Below, piece after piece: positions 26,726 through 36,900 of a stretch of 64,000 bases of DNA. The stretch covers positions 1-64,000 of IMG/VR virus record IMGVR_UViG_3300006925_000008, one strand, 5' to 3'. The position numbers were made by a program, and so were the translations under genes. Source of the stretch: a virus. The first letter of the stretch is position 1; every line of letters starts with the position of its first letter. The notes under the pieces are model-generated. The model saw only the letters and a list, made by a program, of their open reading frames with translations. It was not told where the DNA came from and ran no database searches.

Positions 26726-29700
26726 TTACTTGACCACATATGGCCTGCTCTTGGACATTCCTATCGGTAACGCCCTATATGTGTTGGCAGGGTCTATCGC
26801 CTTTCGGACTCCAATTTGACCCTTTGAGTTGATTATCGACGCACGATGTCCAATGGTCATTCTTGTATTGTTGTTACTTCTAGTGACTATCCTGTGGACA
26901 GTAATCAACTTGACACTAGATGAAAGGGATACCGTGATCGAGTCTTGACTCACTAATTCCTCATTCCCCGCCGAGTTGCCAATGCTGGCCTGTAAGTCTG
27001 AAAGAATGCCGGATATACCTTTTTCGTATTGAGCGATAACAAAATCACTTGTTCCGCTTTCATAGTTATGTGTTGTTTCAAACACTGCAAAAAGACCTTT
27101 CAGGCCGTGCGTGGATAAGTCCACGCTGATTACATCGCCGGGGTGGACTGAAGTTGCATTGACCATGCCGATAACCCTTATCATTGGCGCACCATTTTCA
27201 ATTCGTGATAGTAATGACTTTGCGAGCCTGATAGCGGTCTTTCGTGTTTTCAAGCCGGGGACTTCTTGAGTATAAGACCGGACTACATTCTCATCAGAAC
27301 CAGCACCCGCTTGTAATTTCATCCGCTCAATGTCTTTGACTTCAACCAATACGCTTTCGTTCTCGGCTATTTTGTCCCCCTTGACGGCTACTACATTCGG
27401 TGAGTCGAACATTCTGCTGACTACAATATCTCTAGCACCACTATCCGCACCTATTCGCTTTCCTGTTTCTTTGAATACCTGACTTGAATACAGTAATACG
27501 CCTGATGCTGTATTGATCAGTTGATTGCCATCTATCTGTGAGGAGTTACGAATCACCTCCAATATATTCAAACCACGAGTATTTCTTGAAATGAAATTGT
27601 TGCTATGTTGCATTATATCCGTTAAGCAGGGGTGTCCTCCAATAGCGGATGGAGACACCGATGTTTGAATCATAGTCGTGTCTTTCAAGTTGAAACCAGC
27701 GGAGGATGAAGAGGCATCATTGAGTAAAGTCATTACAGCGTCTGTTGTTCTTATTCCGATAGTAGCATACTGGCCTGCAAAGACATTGCCCACTTCAAGA
27801 CCGGAGTCGGTCAGGGTCAACCCATCCATATTCTTGAAAGTCACATATTTGCCACCAAGGTCGTCTTTTACCTTGTCAACCTTCCACCTTTGCCCTTCGC
27901 TATCGAATATGTAAGGCGGGAAAAAGTTGGAGGTTACTTCTCTTGAGTCTATCATTAGTTTGTTGCTTCTATCGGTGGCACTAATTCGACCTTGATTAGG
28001 ACCATCCTCGATATTGAAGGTTCTTTGAGTCATCATAATGAAATCGTCGGGGTTATATGTCGTCAGGCCTTTATACGACAATCCGGTTCTTGTAGCGGAT
28101 GTTCCATCGTGCTTATACAATGAGGTGGCTTGATACTCCGACAAAACAATAGCGTTGTCGATCAATGAAGGGAGAAGAGGATAGGTCTTGGTGAGGCTTA
28201 TGGTGGCTTGTCCAAGCGAACCATCGGATACGGGGTATCTCTTTGTATTAGTGCTTGCTGAAGTCCCAAATGTCTTTCTTGCATAAAACAGGGTGGTCCC
28301 ATCCCAAGTATGTCCAGCAGGCAGGTCCCCATTCGTTAGTAATGGCGATGTATTAGCAACAACGCTTATGCTCAATATATTTTTGTTCTTTGAGGTATAA
28401 TGTATTGAACCTGAATACCCCGGATACACTAGGTCTCCTGAATCAGGCAACATTGAGGCATCTCTAACAACCATGTAGTAATCAGAACCAATCGAGTAGT
28501 ATCGTTTTATTTCAACACGATTGTAATTCCTGTTTCCGTCGATATACTGCTTTCTGACAGCCTCGTTTGGCCTTTGTTGAGCCGCATGGTCTCCGCCAAT
28601 GTTTGATGATGAGTCGGAGTATCTTGTTTCACTTTGACTGATTACTTCAAAACCTCCGGGGTGTGTCGATTGGGAATAGCGTGGTTCAATTTGAGAATAT
28701 ACCTGACCATCGGGGTCAATTCTGTTTGCATCTGATTTGAAAAACTCAAGCATTGCTGTTGAAGGAATGAGGTGATACACTACATCATGATTATTTGGGT
28801 CCGGCCATTCAATGACAAACTTATCAGCCGCTGACATGATCGGTTCCGTCATACCTTGAGGCTTGTTCATATTCAATTCAAAAATACCGTATCTCTTGTC
28901 TCTATGATAGAAGTTGTCGGATGGCTGGGAGAGGTCGCCCGTATCTAGCGGCAATGGACCCAACATGTAGCCGTCCTGTCCAAGTGCGGCTCCATTTGGG
29001 GCGAAGGGATACATTTTCGATGGTCTAAATGGCCTCACTATGTAATCAACAAATGTCCTTGTGGGGTGTGATGTTGACCCTTTGGTCCCTGAAACCGCAA
29101 GAGTATTGCTCACTGTTGAAAGACTACCTTCACTTTGACGATTCAAATAGGTTTTTCTTAGAATGAATACACCACCCCAAGGCGGTAAATCAGCCCCTCC
29201 TCGGATGTTCCATATATCGTTAGCACCAGCAAATGGCGATGCCTTGATAGTGTCTGATATGGCATCAGGCTCACCCTTTGAATCATTATTATCGACTGAA
29301 AAAATTGGTTTGTCGCCGTAAAGAATGTCTGTTGTGTGAGGGGTATTGGAGACCGTGAATGGGACTCCAACCGTCCCTAATGTATTACATTTGACCGCCG
29401 TTCTCAACTTATTCATGTATGAGGGGGTGATTGGGTATTGCTGTCCAACCATTAAATCAGAATGCAAAGAAGCCGCCTTTGTTGAGGTAATCAGATAATT
29501 GCTATTCTTTTCAATTGTTTCTTCTTTAGTGGTTGTAATGATCAGACCCATCCTAGGCTCGGACCTTGATGATACCTGCCTATGGTCGGCTATTTCAGCG
29601 AGCGGTGTGGGCAATATGTCCTGTCCTGCTGTCAAAGACGAGTCATAACCCCAGCCACTAGATGGGAATGAACCAGTTGCTAAGGCATCATTGGAGTTGG

Positions 29701-32700
29701 TATGTAGCGCATTGCCTATGAGATGCCAAGCCGACCCAAAGTTTGTCGTTTGAACAGTAGCAATCGAATCTGAACCAGTCCCAGTTTCATCGAAAGACGG
29801 GATTAAGGGGTCGCCTCCTTTACTAAGAACCGGCACTTGATTCAAGGCGGTATGAGCCGCATTATATTCATCGACCCACATACCGGCGGGCATGTGAACC
29901 GGCTTGAAAACACCAGCGGATTCCAAACCAAAAGAACGACCAATCCCTAAAGGTTCATCACTAAATGAGGTAATTGGTTCGTTACTAAGCCTGCTATTGT
30001 AGGTCATAGGGCTTCCTTGAATGGTGTGTCCTGATAAAATAATGCCAATAGGAGAAGACCTTTCAACACCCCCAACATCCGTGTTACTCCACATATATCC
30101 GGGGTATGTTGCGGCTAATGCCACCGAGTCATGTTGGCCCCCATCAAAACGACCTTTACCAAAGATAGAACCCTGTGAAGTTTCAGTCTCCATAGGGTCT
30201 CCCGCTAACATGTCAACTGCATTCGATGCTGTTCTTACTCCCCAAGCACGAACAGGTAAACGCCTTCCATGATCAAAACCAACCATTGGTTGTAGTCCTA
30301 GATACAGTTGATGTTTGATATTGAAGCCTGAACCTTGTTTCACACTATATTTTCCAAGTGTAGTTTTGTAGGGGTTTATGCTGTCTCCAATTCCTTCACC
30401 ACGAGTATATCTCTCCCCGTTGTAAACTTTGGGCAACATCATGGTTCCTCTTGCTTCTCTTACGGTTGTATTACCCATCATGACCGCTGAACCGGACTCC
30501 AAAGTCCCCACGCCATGCCCGCCCGCATTCAAGCCGTTAAACCCGTATGACTGAAGCCACTGCAACGCATATATGCGCTCAAACTTCTGTGCTGGCCTCA
30601 TCTGACCATACCTGTAATTAGGATTTGGCGCACCTGCTAGTAAGTCAAAGATTGACTGTGCGGTGTATGATGTTCTATTGATTTGTTCTGTTAAATCCAA
30701 CCTTGAATGGTTTCTCAAAAGCAAACCTCTTGTTGCAGGGAATTGCATTGCTCTTGGCATACCGGCTTCACGGTATCTGAACATCATAAAGTGTTCACGG
30801 ACAGAACCCGTTATTGCCGGATGTCCGTATTCAGCGAGCCAGTGGCATAGGAACGCATCAGGTTTCGCACCAGTATTCGTGTCCGTTTCTTTCAAAATCC
30901 CCCTGTCCCATTCAGAAGCAAAATCGATAGTCATCATGTTAGTGTAATCGGGGTCGTGAACAAACAAAGGTGGGACTGTTGCTAATTCGGTGGCAACACG
31001 GGGGTTAATCCAGCCCCATTCGCTACCTCTTACAAGGTATTGAACCTCTTCATAAACGGCTGGCAGTATATTTGAAGTCGCAGGGTCATGCATGTGTTTT
31101 AGCAGTCGAGTCATAGCCGGTTCAGGCCTGCCCCCCGACAATTGATAGTCACCGATCATGAAACCATTGACCATCATTTCTGATGCGGCGGTATAACGGT
31201 TCCTGAAATTAGGAATATGGAGATTCCCATCGGTGTATTTGAATTGAATATCCGTTGCCGAGGAAATGCCTGAAACAGATAAATCGGTGACTGGCTCACC
31301 AAATGCGACCTGCTCAACAAATCCTTCAACATTAGTATGTTCCTGACCCGGTGCGATCAACCAATCAATCTGTTTACCATCTTGGTTATTGAATTGGTGT
31401 GCATATGCCGCTAACAAAACAGTCTCACGGGTTTCACGGCCATAACCAATAGTCGCTTCTTCTAATGGCAATCCATCAGCGGAGAATGAACCAGTCGCTC
31501 CCGCATATCCAGCAACTCCTTTCAATTCAATACTGTCCAAAGCAAACTTTGAGCCTGCCGCACCTGATGCTGGTGGTTTAGCCTGTTGAAATGCGTGATG
31601 TTTGTTCTCGGTTTCAGCCTCAAACATCAGCGTGTATGCTGAACCATGACTTCTATGCAATTGTCGTCTCATAGCAAAAGGAGTGCCTCTATGAGTCAAG
31701 GGGGTTACAAATGAATGCCCCTGCCTCCCAAACCTCAACCTAGCATGTGGGACCGTAAGCGGCTGGACCGCACCATTCGCTGTCATTGGCAACACGGAAC
31801 CTCTTTCAGCGTGGTCTGTAATCCGATGTGCGGAGTATATCCTAGTGGTTCCACTGGGGACCGCACCGGGCGTTATATCCGTAGCAATTCCCTGTGTTGA
31901 AACCATATCGGGGTGTAGTAAACGCTCACAGTGAAAAATCAACATGCGGTCATGTGTATCGAATTGAGATACATGCCCCTGTTCTATTGCTCCCTCCGTC
32001 GCAGTATTACGAACCCCTAACTCTCCCTCGTCCCTGCCATACAAAGTAGCAACTCTTGACATGAAAGTTGATTCCAAATGGCCGGGGTCGTGTTCTTCAG
32101 GAGGGGCAATTCCACCCATCCCCCATGTTTTGTTTGAATGTGCTTGAATGCGGTCATGAGATGACCGGACAAATATACCGCCCGGTATCTCCTCCGCCGA
32201 AGGCAATGTAAGCCTCAAGTTTGGAGTTGACTTTCCATTGCTTGATGACGGGCCAATCCGTTCCTGACCAGTTTCACTATCAAAAGACTGGTTTTCAACA
32301 ACAAAATCCCTGATTACTGTTCCAAAGGGCGAACCTCCGGGCAAAACAAGAACCGCACCTGAATCATCAACGACTTCAATGTCTTCAAAGACCATTTCTT
32401 CATTTGTGATGGTGAGTCCTTCAACTCTTTCTGTGTTGATCGGGCGTTTTACGAAAAATGGTTGGCTATATTTAGCCCCTGTTTCGCCAGCATAACCTGA
32501 AGATGCTTGGTCATTGATGAGGGTTAAACGAGCGGCATCAAGAGCGGAGTTGTCGGTTATACCTGAAAGTCTATCAAAGCCATCACCATTTTCTAATTGA
32601 TTTGAATTAGTTGCGCCTTCGTTAATCGTTTTACCTTCATAAAGCACTATGTTCTTTTGATTTACATCAGTTGAAGTCGGTTGCTTTGTCCCGTGTTCCA

Positions 32701-33985
32701 TTTTCGCAATCATCAAATGTGTTTCTCCGTTAATATCAGGGAATGTATCGGGATTTGCCGCTGTCATGCCACTGATTGCTGGTTCTGTAATTGTAAAGTC
32801 AGGAGGGGGTATAGACGGCAGTAGCGTTGAGTTTAGTCCTTCTATGCTGAACCGACAAAAACCATGATTCTGTGTATGCATCACAGGAGTCCCACCCTTT
32901 GATTCATAATTCAAAGCGGGCAACCCCATATTGCCCCCATCCAATGATTTAGCGGTCAAATGCCAAACGGGTAATGTTTGACCAAGACCTTGAACCACAG
33001 GCCCACCATTCGCACCGGCCCAATAACCGCCACTAGCGGAGGGATTTGTCGATTCCCACGAGATTACAACTGTATGCTGTGCTGGTGCGGCTTTCAGGGT
33101 CAACTCCGATATTACTCTCGTCCCCGTTCCAGTTGCACCAGTGCTTTCAATCAAAGTGGTGGTATCCATCGTGGTTCCCAAGAGTTTGTCTTTGACCCCG
33201 ATCAAATCAATAGCGGGACCTAAATCGTGGAGAGTTGCGGCGTATGCGCTGGTAAAATTGGACTCATCTTTACCCCAACCTCGGATTGGTTGCCATGAGT
33301 CATAGGTGTAGGTTCTCCCCGCCACAGGGCTGTGTGATGGCGAATGAGTTGAATCGATTGAATCACCCGGTAATGCACCGCCTGCTTGGACGGTAAACTC
33401 ACCCTTTGGAGGTAAATCAGATGGCCCCGCATTTTGAAATAAATCTCTAAAGTGGATTCTTAGCCTTGAAGTTGTAGGTGCTGAAAATGATTGTCCAATG
33501 TATTCACTTTGTCCAGCCATATTGACATATCTAGCCCTCAAATACCTAGACATTCCTCTTTCGCCAACTTGCCTGACCCGCTGGCTGTTAATTTTAGCCG
33601 CAATTACTCTAGCCGCTTCTTCAGAACCGAGGTTATAACCTCCGCCGTTTGCCAAACTATATGCGGCTAGGTCAACAATGATTACATTTGTAGTGTCACT
33701 TGTTGGCTGGGCGGGTATTGAAGCAGGGCCAGCATTTGCCATACAGGTTTTGATCAGAACCTGAAGCCCCTGCCGCCATGATTGGGTGTTTATTCCGTAT
33801 TGCCACCCCCCTGTTCCCGAAGCGGAATGTTCGTCGGTATATTCAGTATCGGGATAGGTGATGTGCATAGAGAACCACCCTGAAGCGGGGTATCCCGATG
33901 GACCGCCGAGCGGTTGAATCGATGCGGGATAGACCTGTTTACGGTCCATGAACCCCCTATCCGCCAATCCCGCCATATTTACCAC
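26726..33985 (-). CDS. Giant tail tip / baseplate hub protein (2419 aa)
   Basis: C-terminal hub-like region (PNVVAVKG...AIRLAKSLL...VHPGDVISV). Lies after the TMP and Dit-like genes. Confidence 0.7.
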   Translation of the reverse strand: MVNMAGLADRGFMDRKQVYPASIQPLGGPSGYPASGWFSMHITYPDTEYTDEHSASGTGGWQYGINTQSWRQGLQVLIKTCMANAGPASIPAQPTSDTTNVIIVDLAAYSLANGGGYNLGSEEAARVIAAKINSQRVRQVGERGMSRYLRARYVNMAGQSEYIGQSFSAPTTSRLRIHFRDLFQNAGPSDLPPKGEFTVQAGGALPGDSIDSTHSPSHSPVAGRTYTYDSWQPIRGWGKDESNFTSAYAATLHDLGPAIDLIGVKDKLLGTTMDTTTLIESTGATGTGTRVISELTLKAAPAQHTVVISWESTNPSASGGYWAGANGGPVVQGLGQTLPVWHLTAKSLDGGNMGLPALNYESKGGTPVMHTQNHGFCRFSIEGLNSTLLPSIPPPDFTITEPAISGMTAANPDTFPDINGETHLMIAKMEHGTKQPTSTDVNQKNIVLYEGKTINEGATNSNQLENGDGFDRLSGITDNSALDAARLTLINDQASSGYAGETGAKYSQPFFVKRPINTERVEGLTITNEEMVFEDIEVVDDSGAVLVLPGGSPFGTVIRDFVVENQSFDSETGQERIGPSSSNGKSTPNLRLTLPSAEEIPGGIFVRSSHDRIQAHSNKTWGMGGIAPPEEHDPGHLESTFMSRVATLYGRDEGELGVRNTATEGAIEQGHVSQFDTHDRMLIFHCERLLHPDMVSTQGIATDITPGAVPSGTTRIYSAHRITDHAERGSVLPMTANGAVQPLTVPHARLRFGRQGHSFVTPLTHRGTPFAMRRQLHRSHGSAYTLMFEAETENKHHAFQQAKPPASGAAGSKFALDSIELKGVAGYAGATGSFSADGLPLEEATIGYGRETRETVLLAAYAHQFNNQDGKQIDWLIAPGQEHTNVEGFVEQVAFGEPVTDLSVSGISSATDIQFKYTDGNLHIPNFRNRYTAASEMMVNGFMIGDYQLSGGRPEPAMTRLLKHMHDPATSNILPAVYEEVQYLVRGSEWGWINPRVATELATVPPLFVHDPDYTNMMTIDFASEWDRGILKETDTNTGAKPDAFLCHWLAEYGHPAITGSVREHFMMFRYREAGMPRAMQFPATRGLLLRNHSRLDLTEQINRTSYTAQSIFDLLAGAPNPNYRYGQMRPAQKFERIYALQWLQSYGFNGLNAGGHGVGTLESGSAVMMGNTTVREARGTMMLPKVYNGERYTRGEGIGDSINPYKTTLGKYSVKQGSGFNIKHQLYLGLQPMVGFDHGRRLPVRAWGVRTASNAVDMLAGDPMETETSQGSIFGKGRFDGGQHDSVALAATYPGYMWSNTDVGGVERSSPIGIILSGHTIQGSPMTYNSRLSNEPITSFSDEPLGIGRSFGLESAGVFKPVHMPAGMWVDEYNAAHTALNQVPVLSKGGDPLIPSFDETGTGSDSIATVQTTNFGSAWHLIGNALHTNSNDALATGSFPSSGWGYDSSLTAGQDILPTPLAEIADHRQVSSRSEPRMGLIITTTKEETIEKNSNYLITSTKAASLHSDLMVGQQYPITPSYMNKLRTAVKCNTLGTVGVPFTVSNTPHTTDILYGDKPIFSVDNNDSKGEPDAISDTIKASPFAGANDIWNIRGGADLPPWGGVFILRKTYLNRQSEGSLSTVSNTLAVSGTKGSTSHPTRTFVDYIVRPFRPSKMYPFAPNGAALGQDGYMLGPLPLDTGDLSQPSDNFYHRDKRYGIFELNMNKPQGMTEPIMSAADKFVIEWPDPNNHDVVYHLIPSTAMLEFFKSDANRIDPDGQVYSQIEPRYSQSTHPGGFEVISQSETRYSDSSSNIGGDHAAQQRPNEAVRKQYIDGNRNYNRVEIKRYYSIGSDYYMVVRDASMLPDSGDLVYPGYSGSIHYTSKNKNILSISVVANTSPLLTNGDLPAGHTWDGTTLFYARKTFGTSASTNTKRYPVSDGSLGQATISLTKTYPLLPSLIDNAIVLSEYQATSLYKHDGTSATRTGLSYKGLTTYNPDDFIMMTQRTFNIEDGPNQGRISATDRSNKLMIDSREVTSNFFPPYIFDSEGQRWKVDKVKDDLGGKYVTFKNMDGLTLTDSGLEVGNVFAGQYATIGIRTTDAVMTLLNDASSSSAGFNLKDTTMIQTSVSPSAIGGHPCLTDIMQHSNNFISRNTRGLNILEVIRNSSQIDGNQLINTASGVLLYSSQVFKETGKRIGADSGARDIVVSRMFDSPNVVAVKGDKIAENESVLVEVKDIERMKLQAGAGSDENVVRSYTQEVPGLKTRKTAIRLAKSLLSRIENGAPMIRVIGMVNATSVHPGDVISVDLSTHGLKGLFAVFETTHNYESGTSDFVIAQYEKGISGILSDLQASIGNSAGNEELVSQDSITVSLSSSVKLITVHRIVTRSNNNTRMTIGHRASIINSKGQIGVRKAIDPANTYRALPIGMSKSRPYVVK

Positions 33986-36900
33986 ACTAACCTAGATGCA
34001 TACAATCCTTGCGCTTCTAAAACCGTAAAAGCACGGTCCCACACGCCAATATGGGCCAGCGAACCATTCTTCAGGAATATCGGACCCACATCGTTATGAC
34101 CATCGGTGGCCGGAACAACTTGAGGAGTCCCATAAGTCGAGGAGCCAATAACGCTCGGAGCCTGATCGAAATAGTGAGACCCATTATGGGGCGCACCGTG
34201 TAAGGCAACGCCAACAGTAGCCATGCAATTCCCCCTGACACCTTTCGTAGGGTCAACTGTCGATGGTTGTCCGTTTTCCAATGGGACATAAGGATGGTCA
34301 GCAACTCCCTCGGATGTTGGTGAGCCTTGATGTTCATGCCGAGGGTATTTTGAGCCACCTGATGTTGTTGTGCGACTATTTGGTGCAGTGCCATCATAGA
34401 GAGCATCTTGGTCTGTCACCAAGAACGCCGATAAATCAACTCCGTCGATGATCAATTTACAAGTAGCCATTGACAAGCCTGATTGGTTGCCGTCATGAAC
34501 GAAAACACAGTGATGCCATTCATTATTTGTAATGTATAACGGCGAACCTCCGTGAGCGGCCATATATGCGGCAACATCAACATATGCGAATCTAGGTTGG
34601 CCGCTGGTTAAATCGGCATAGTGCAACGCAAAGTTGTATTCTTGATTCAAAGCCGAGGTATTTGCACCCCCCATCGAAACCCCCCAAGGTAAACCACTCG
34701 CATCAATTCCGTGAATTATTGGCCCTGACATCGCATCCGGTCCACCATTTATTGACATAAAAAAGAATGAAACTGTAAATGGCTTCGACGCTGATAGCGG
34801 CCTATTCACCTCGGATGAAATCTCGCCTCCAATTCCACTTCTAGGCCCAAGGTGAGGCAGGGATGCAAAGGCCTCTCCGACACCCGTATTGTCCCAGTCA
34901 TGACACACCAAGTATGGGTATCCGGTGGTTGGCCATGGCCCCGCACCTGTATGTCCTATGAATTGAATAGGCCTAAACTTAGTGTGGCCTGTGGGCGAAG
35001 TTGCTGTCAGCGTTGCTTTTCCTGCGGGAACGCTTAACTTTTGATAACGACCATAAATCTCCTCTTTTAACACAGTTTCATCGTTTTGAGGATATGCCGC
35101 AGTGTATTCAGTCGTGTAACTCGCCGCATAGGGCAACGGGTTCTCTTCGACCATTGAAAGGTATAACAAGCAATCGTCAATAGGTTGACCAGTGGATGGT
35201 CTTATTCGTGATTTATGATGCAACCCTATGTATGAGTTTTCATTGATCGTATCGTGGTCTTTAATCAGCGTAAAGTCGAGGACCGCTGAAGCCTTATTCG
35301 TTTCATGTAAGTTTTGCATTCCTGCGAAGCCGGTGGGACCTTTTGAGTAGTGATGCCTGTATGAGTCGCTATAATCGTTTGAAGAACCATCGCTGACATC
35401 GACCATCACCCCCGTATGCCCGCCTCCAAAGAATAGGATTCCTTTTGAGTTGACCAATGGCCAAAGTATCTCCACGCTCAATCCTAGAGCGTCTGTTTCA
35501 ACCCCTAAACTGTCTTTAATGAATAGACTGTCGTAAAACTTCTCAATTTCAACCCATGGGGTGATATTTCGCAGGAGAACGCCATTTGTAATTCTCAATC
35601 CTTTGTTGCTCAACTGACTAATTCCTTCAAACCAAAACATCCTGCCATTTACCCTGCCAATCCCTCTATTTGCCGCACTGATCTCCGAGCCAAGCGTCAG
35701 AAGGCCTTCATATGCACGATTATCAACAGCGATATAGTCTATCGGGGGGGAGTTGGCGGCATTGAAACCTGCCAATGCGTGAAGACTCCCAAACATCGTC
35801 TGTCCGGTTGTAGGCCTTCTTGGGACCACCATTTTGATGTAATCGCCTGTTATTGTCGTGTCCTCGTCATCATCACTAAGAGTCGGTTGAATCGTTGTTG
35901 TTACAATTGTTTGGCCGACCCCTGTATAAGACCGAATCTGCTCGTTATATGGTGAAAGTAAACGCCCATGAGACCCGCCGGTAAATGTAGTGATAGGAAC
36001 AAAGGTTTCACCATCAGAACCGATTGGTAAAGGTGCAGGGAATGAGTTTGCTTGATAATGAAGGCTATTTGTCGCCAATAGACCCCCTGAACCAATACAC
36101 GCAACCGGCTGATAGGGGTATGGGCTTCTGTTATCCAACCATATTGCGAAGTTACGAGCCGTAGCCCCCGGTATGGTGCTGTGAATTACAATTGTTTTGC
36201 CCTTTTCGCCGTTTCGACTTTCAACTTCTTTACCTTCAAAAGCCCTCACATAGCCCATATGAGAGCCGGTGTTACCCTCTCCAAGGTGGTCGAGGTCGAA
36301 ATGATTTGGTGCGTCAAAAGCACTGAACCCGATGTCGTTTTTAGCGGCGGGGTGAGCCGCCAAGTTGATTTTTCTGATTACTTCATCAAAGCATGAATTG
36401 AAGTCCTTCTTTGTAGTTGCTATTCCATTGAAATCTAAATCCATAGGCCTAATGTATTTTGTTGAAAGTCCATCGCTAGATTTGCCTTGAAGAGACAAAG
36501 CCGATGGTTTACAATCGACACCCAAAACCAGCGGGCGATCAGAAAAGGAATACAACGCCTCATCGCAATCATAATCAAAAGCCTCCATAGAAGGAACCCC
36601 TCTTAGCCAATACTTGTTCACATTTGTCTCGTCACGAGTAATGTCTTGGCCCCCTGTTGCTGAAACTCCCCGTCCAAACAAAAACCCAATTTTATGTGCA
36701 ATTGAATAAGCGATGTCCTCCTTTGTATGAGAATTGTGAGCCGAAACCGCTAGATTCCACGAGTCTGTTGCCAAGGAGGTCATACAAACATAACCGCCTA
36801 AGACAACAGTCATCCCCGGAGTAATGTCATTCAAACTCGCCGCCGCAATTGACGATGCCTCCGTTATACGGTCTGTTTTTGACATCGACCAAAGTGCGTC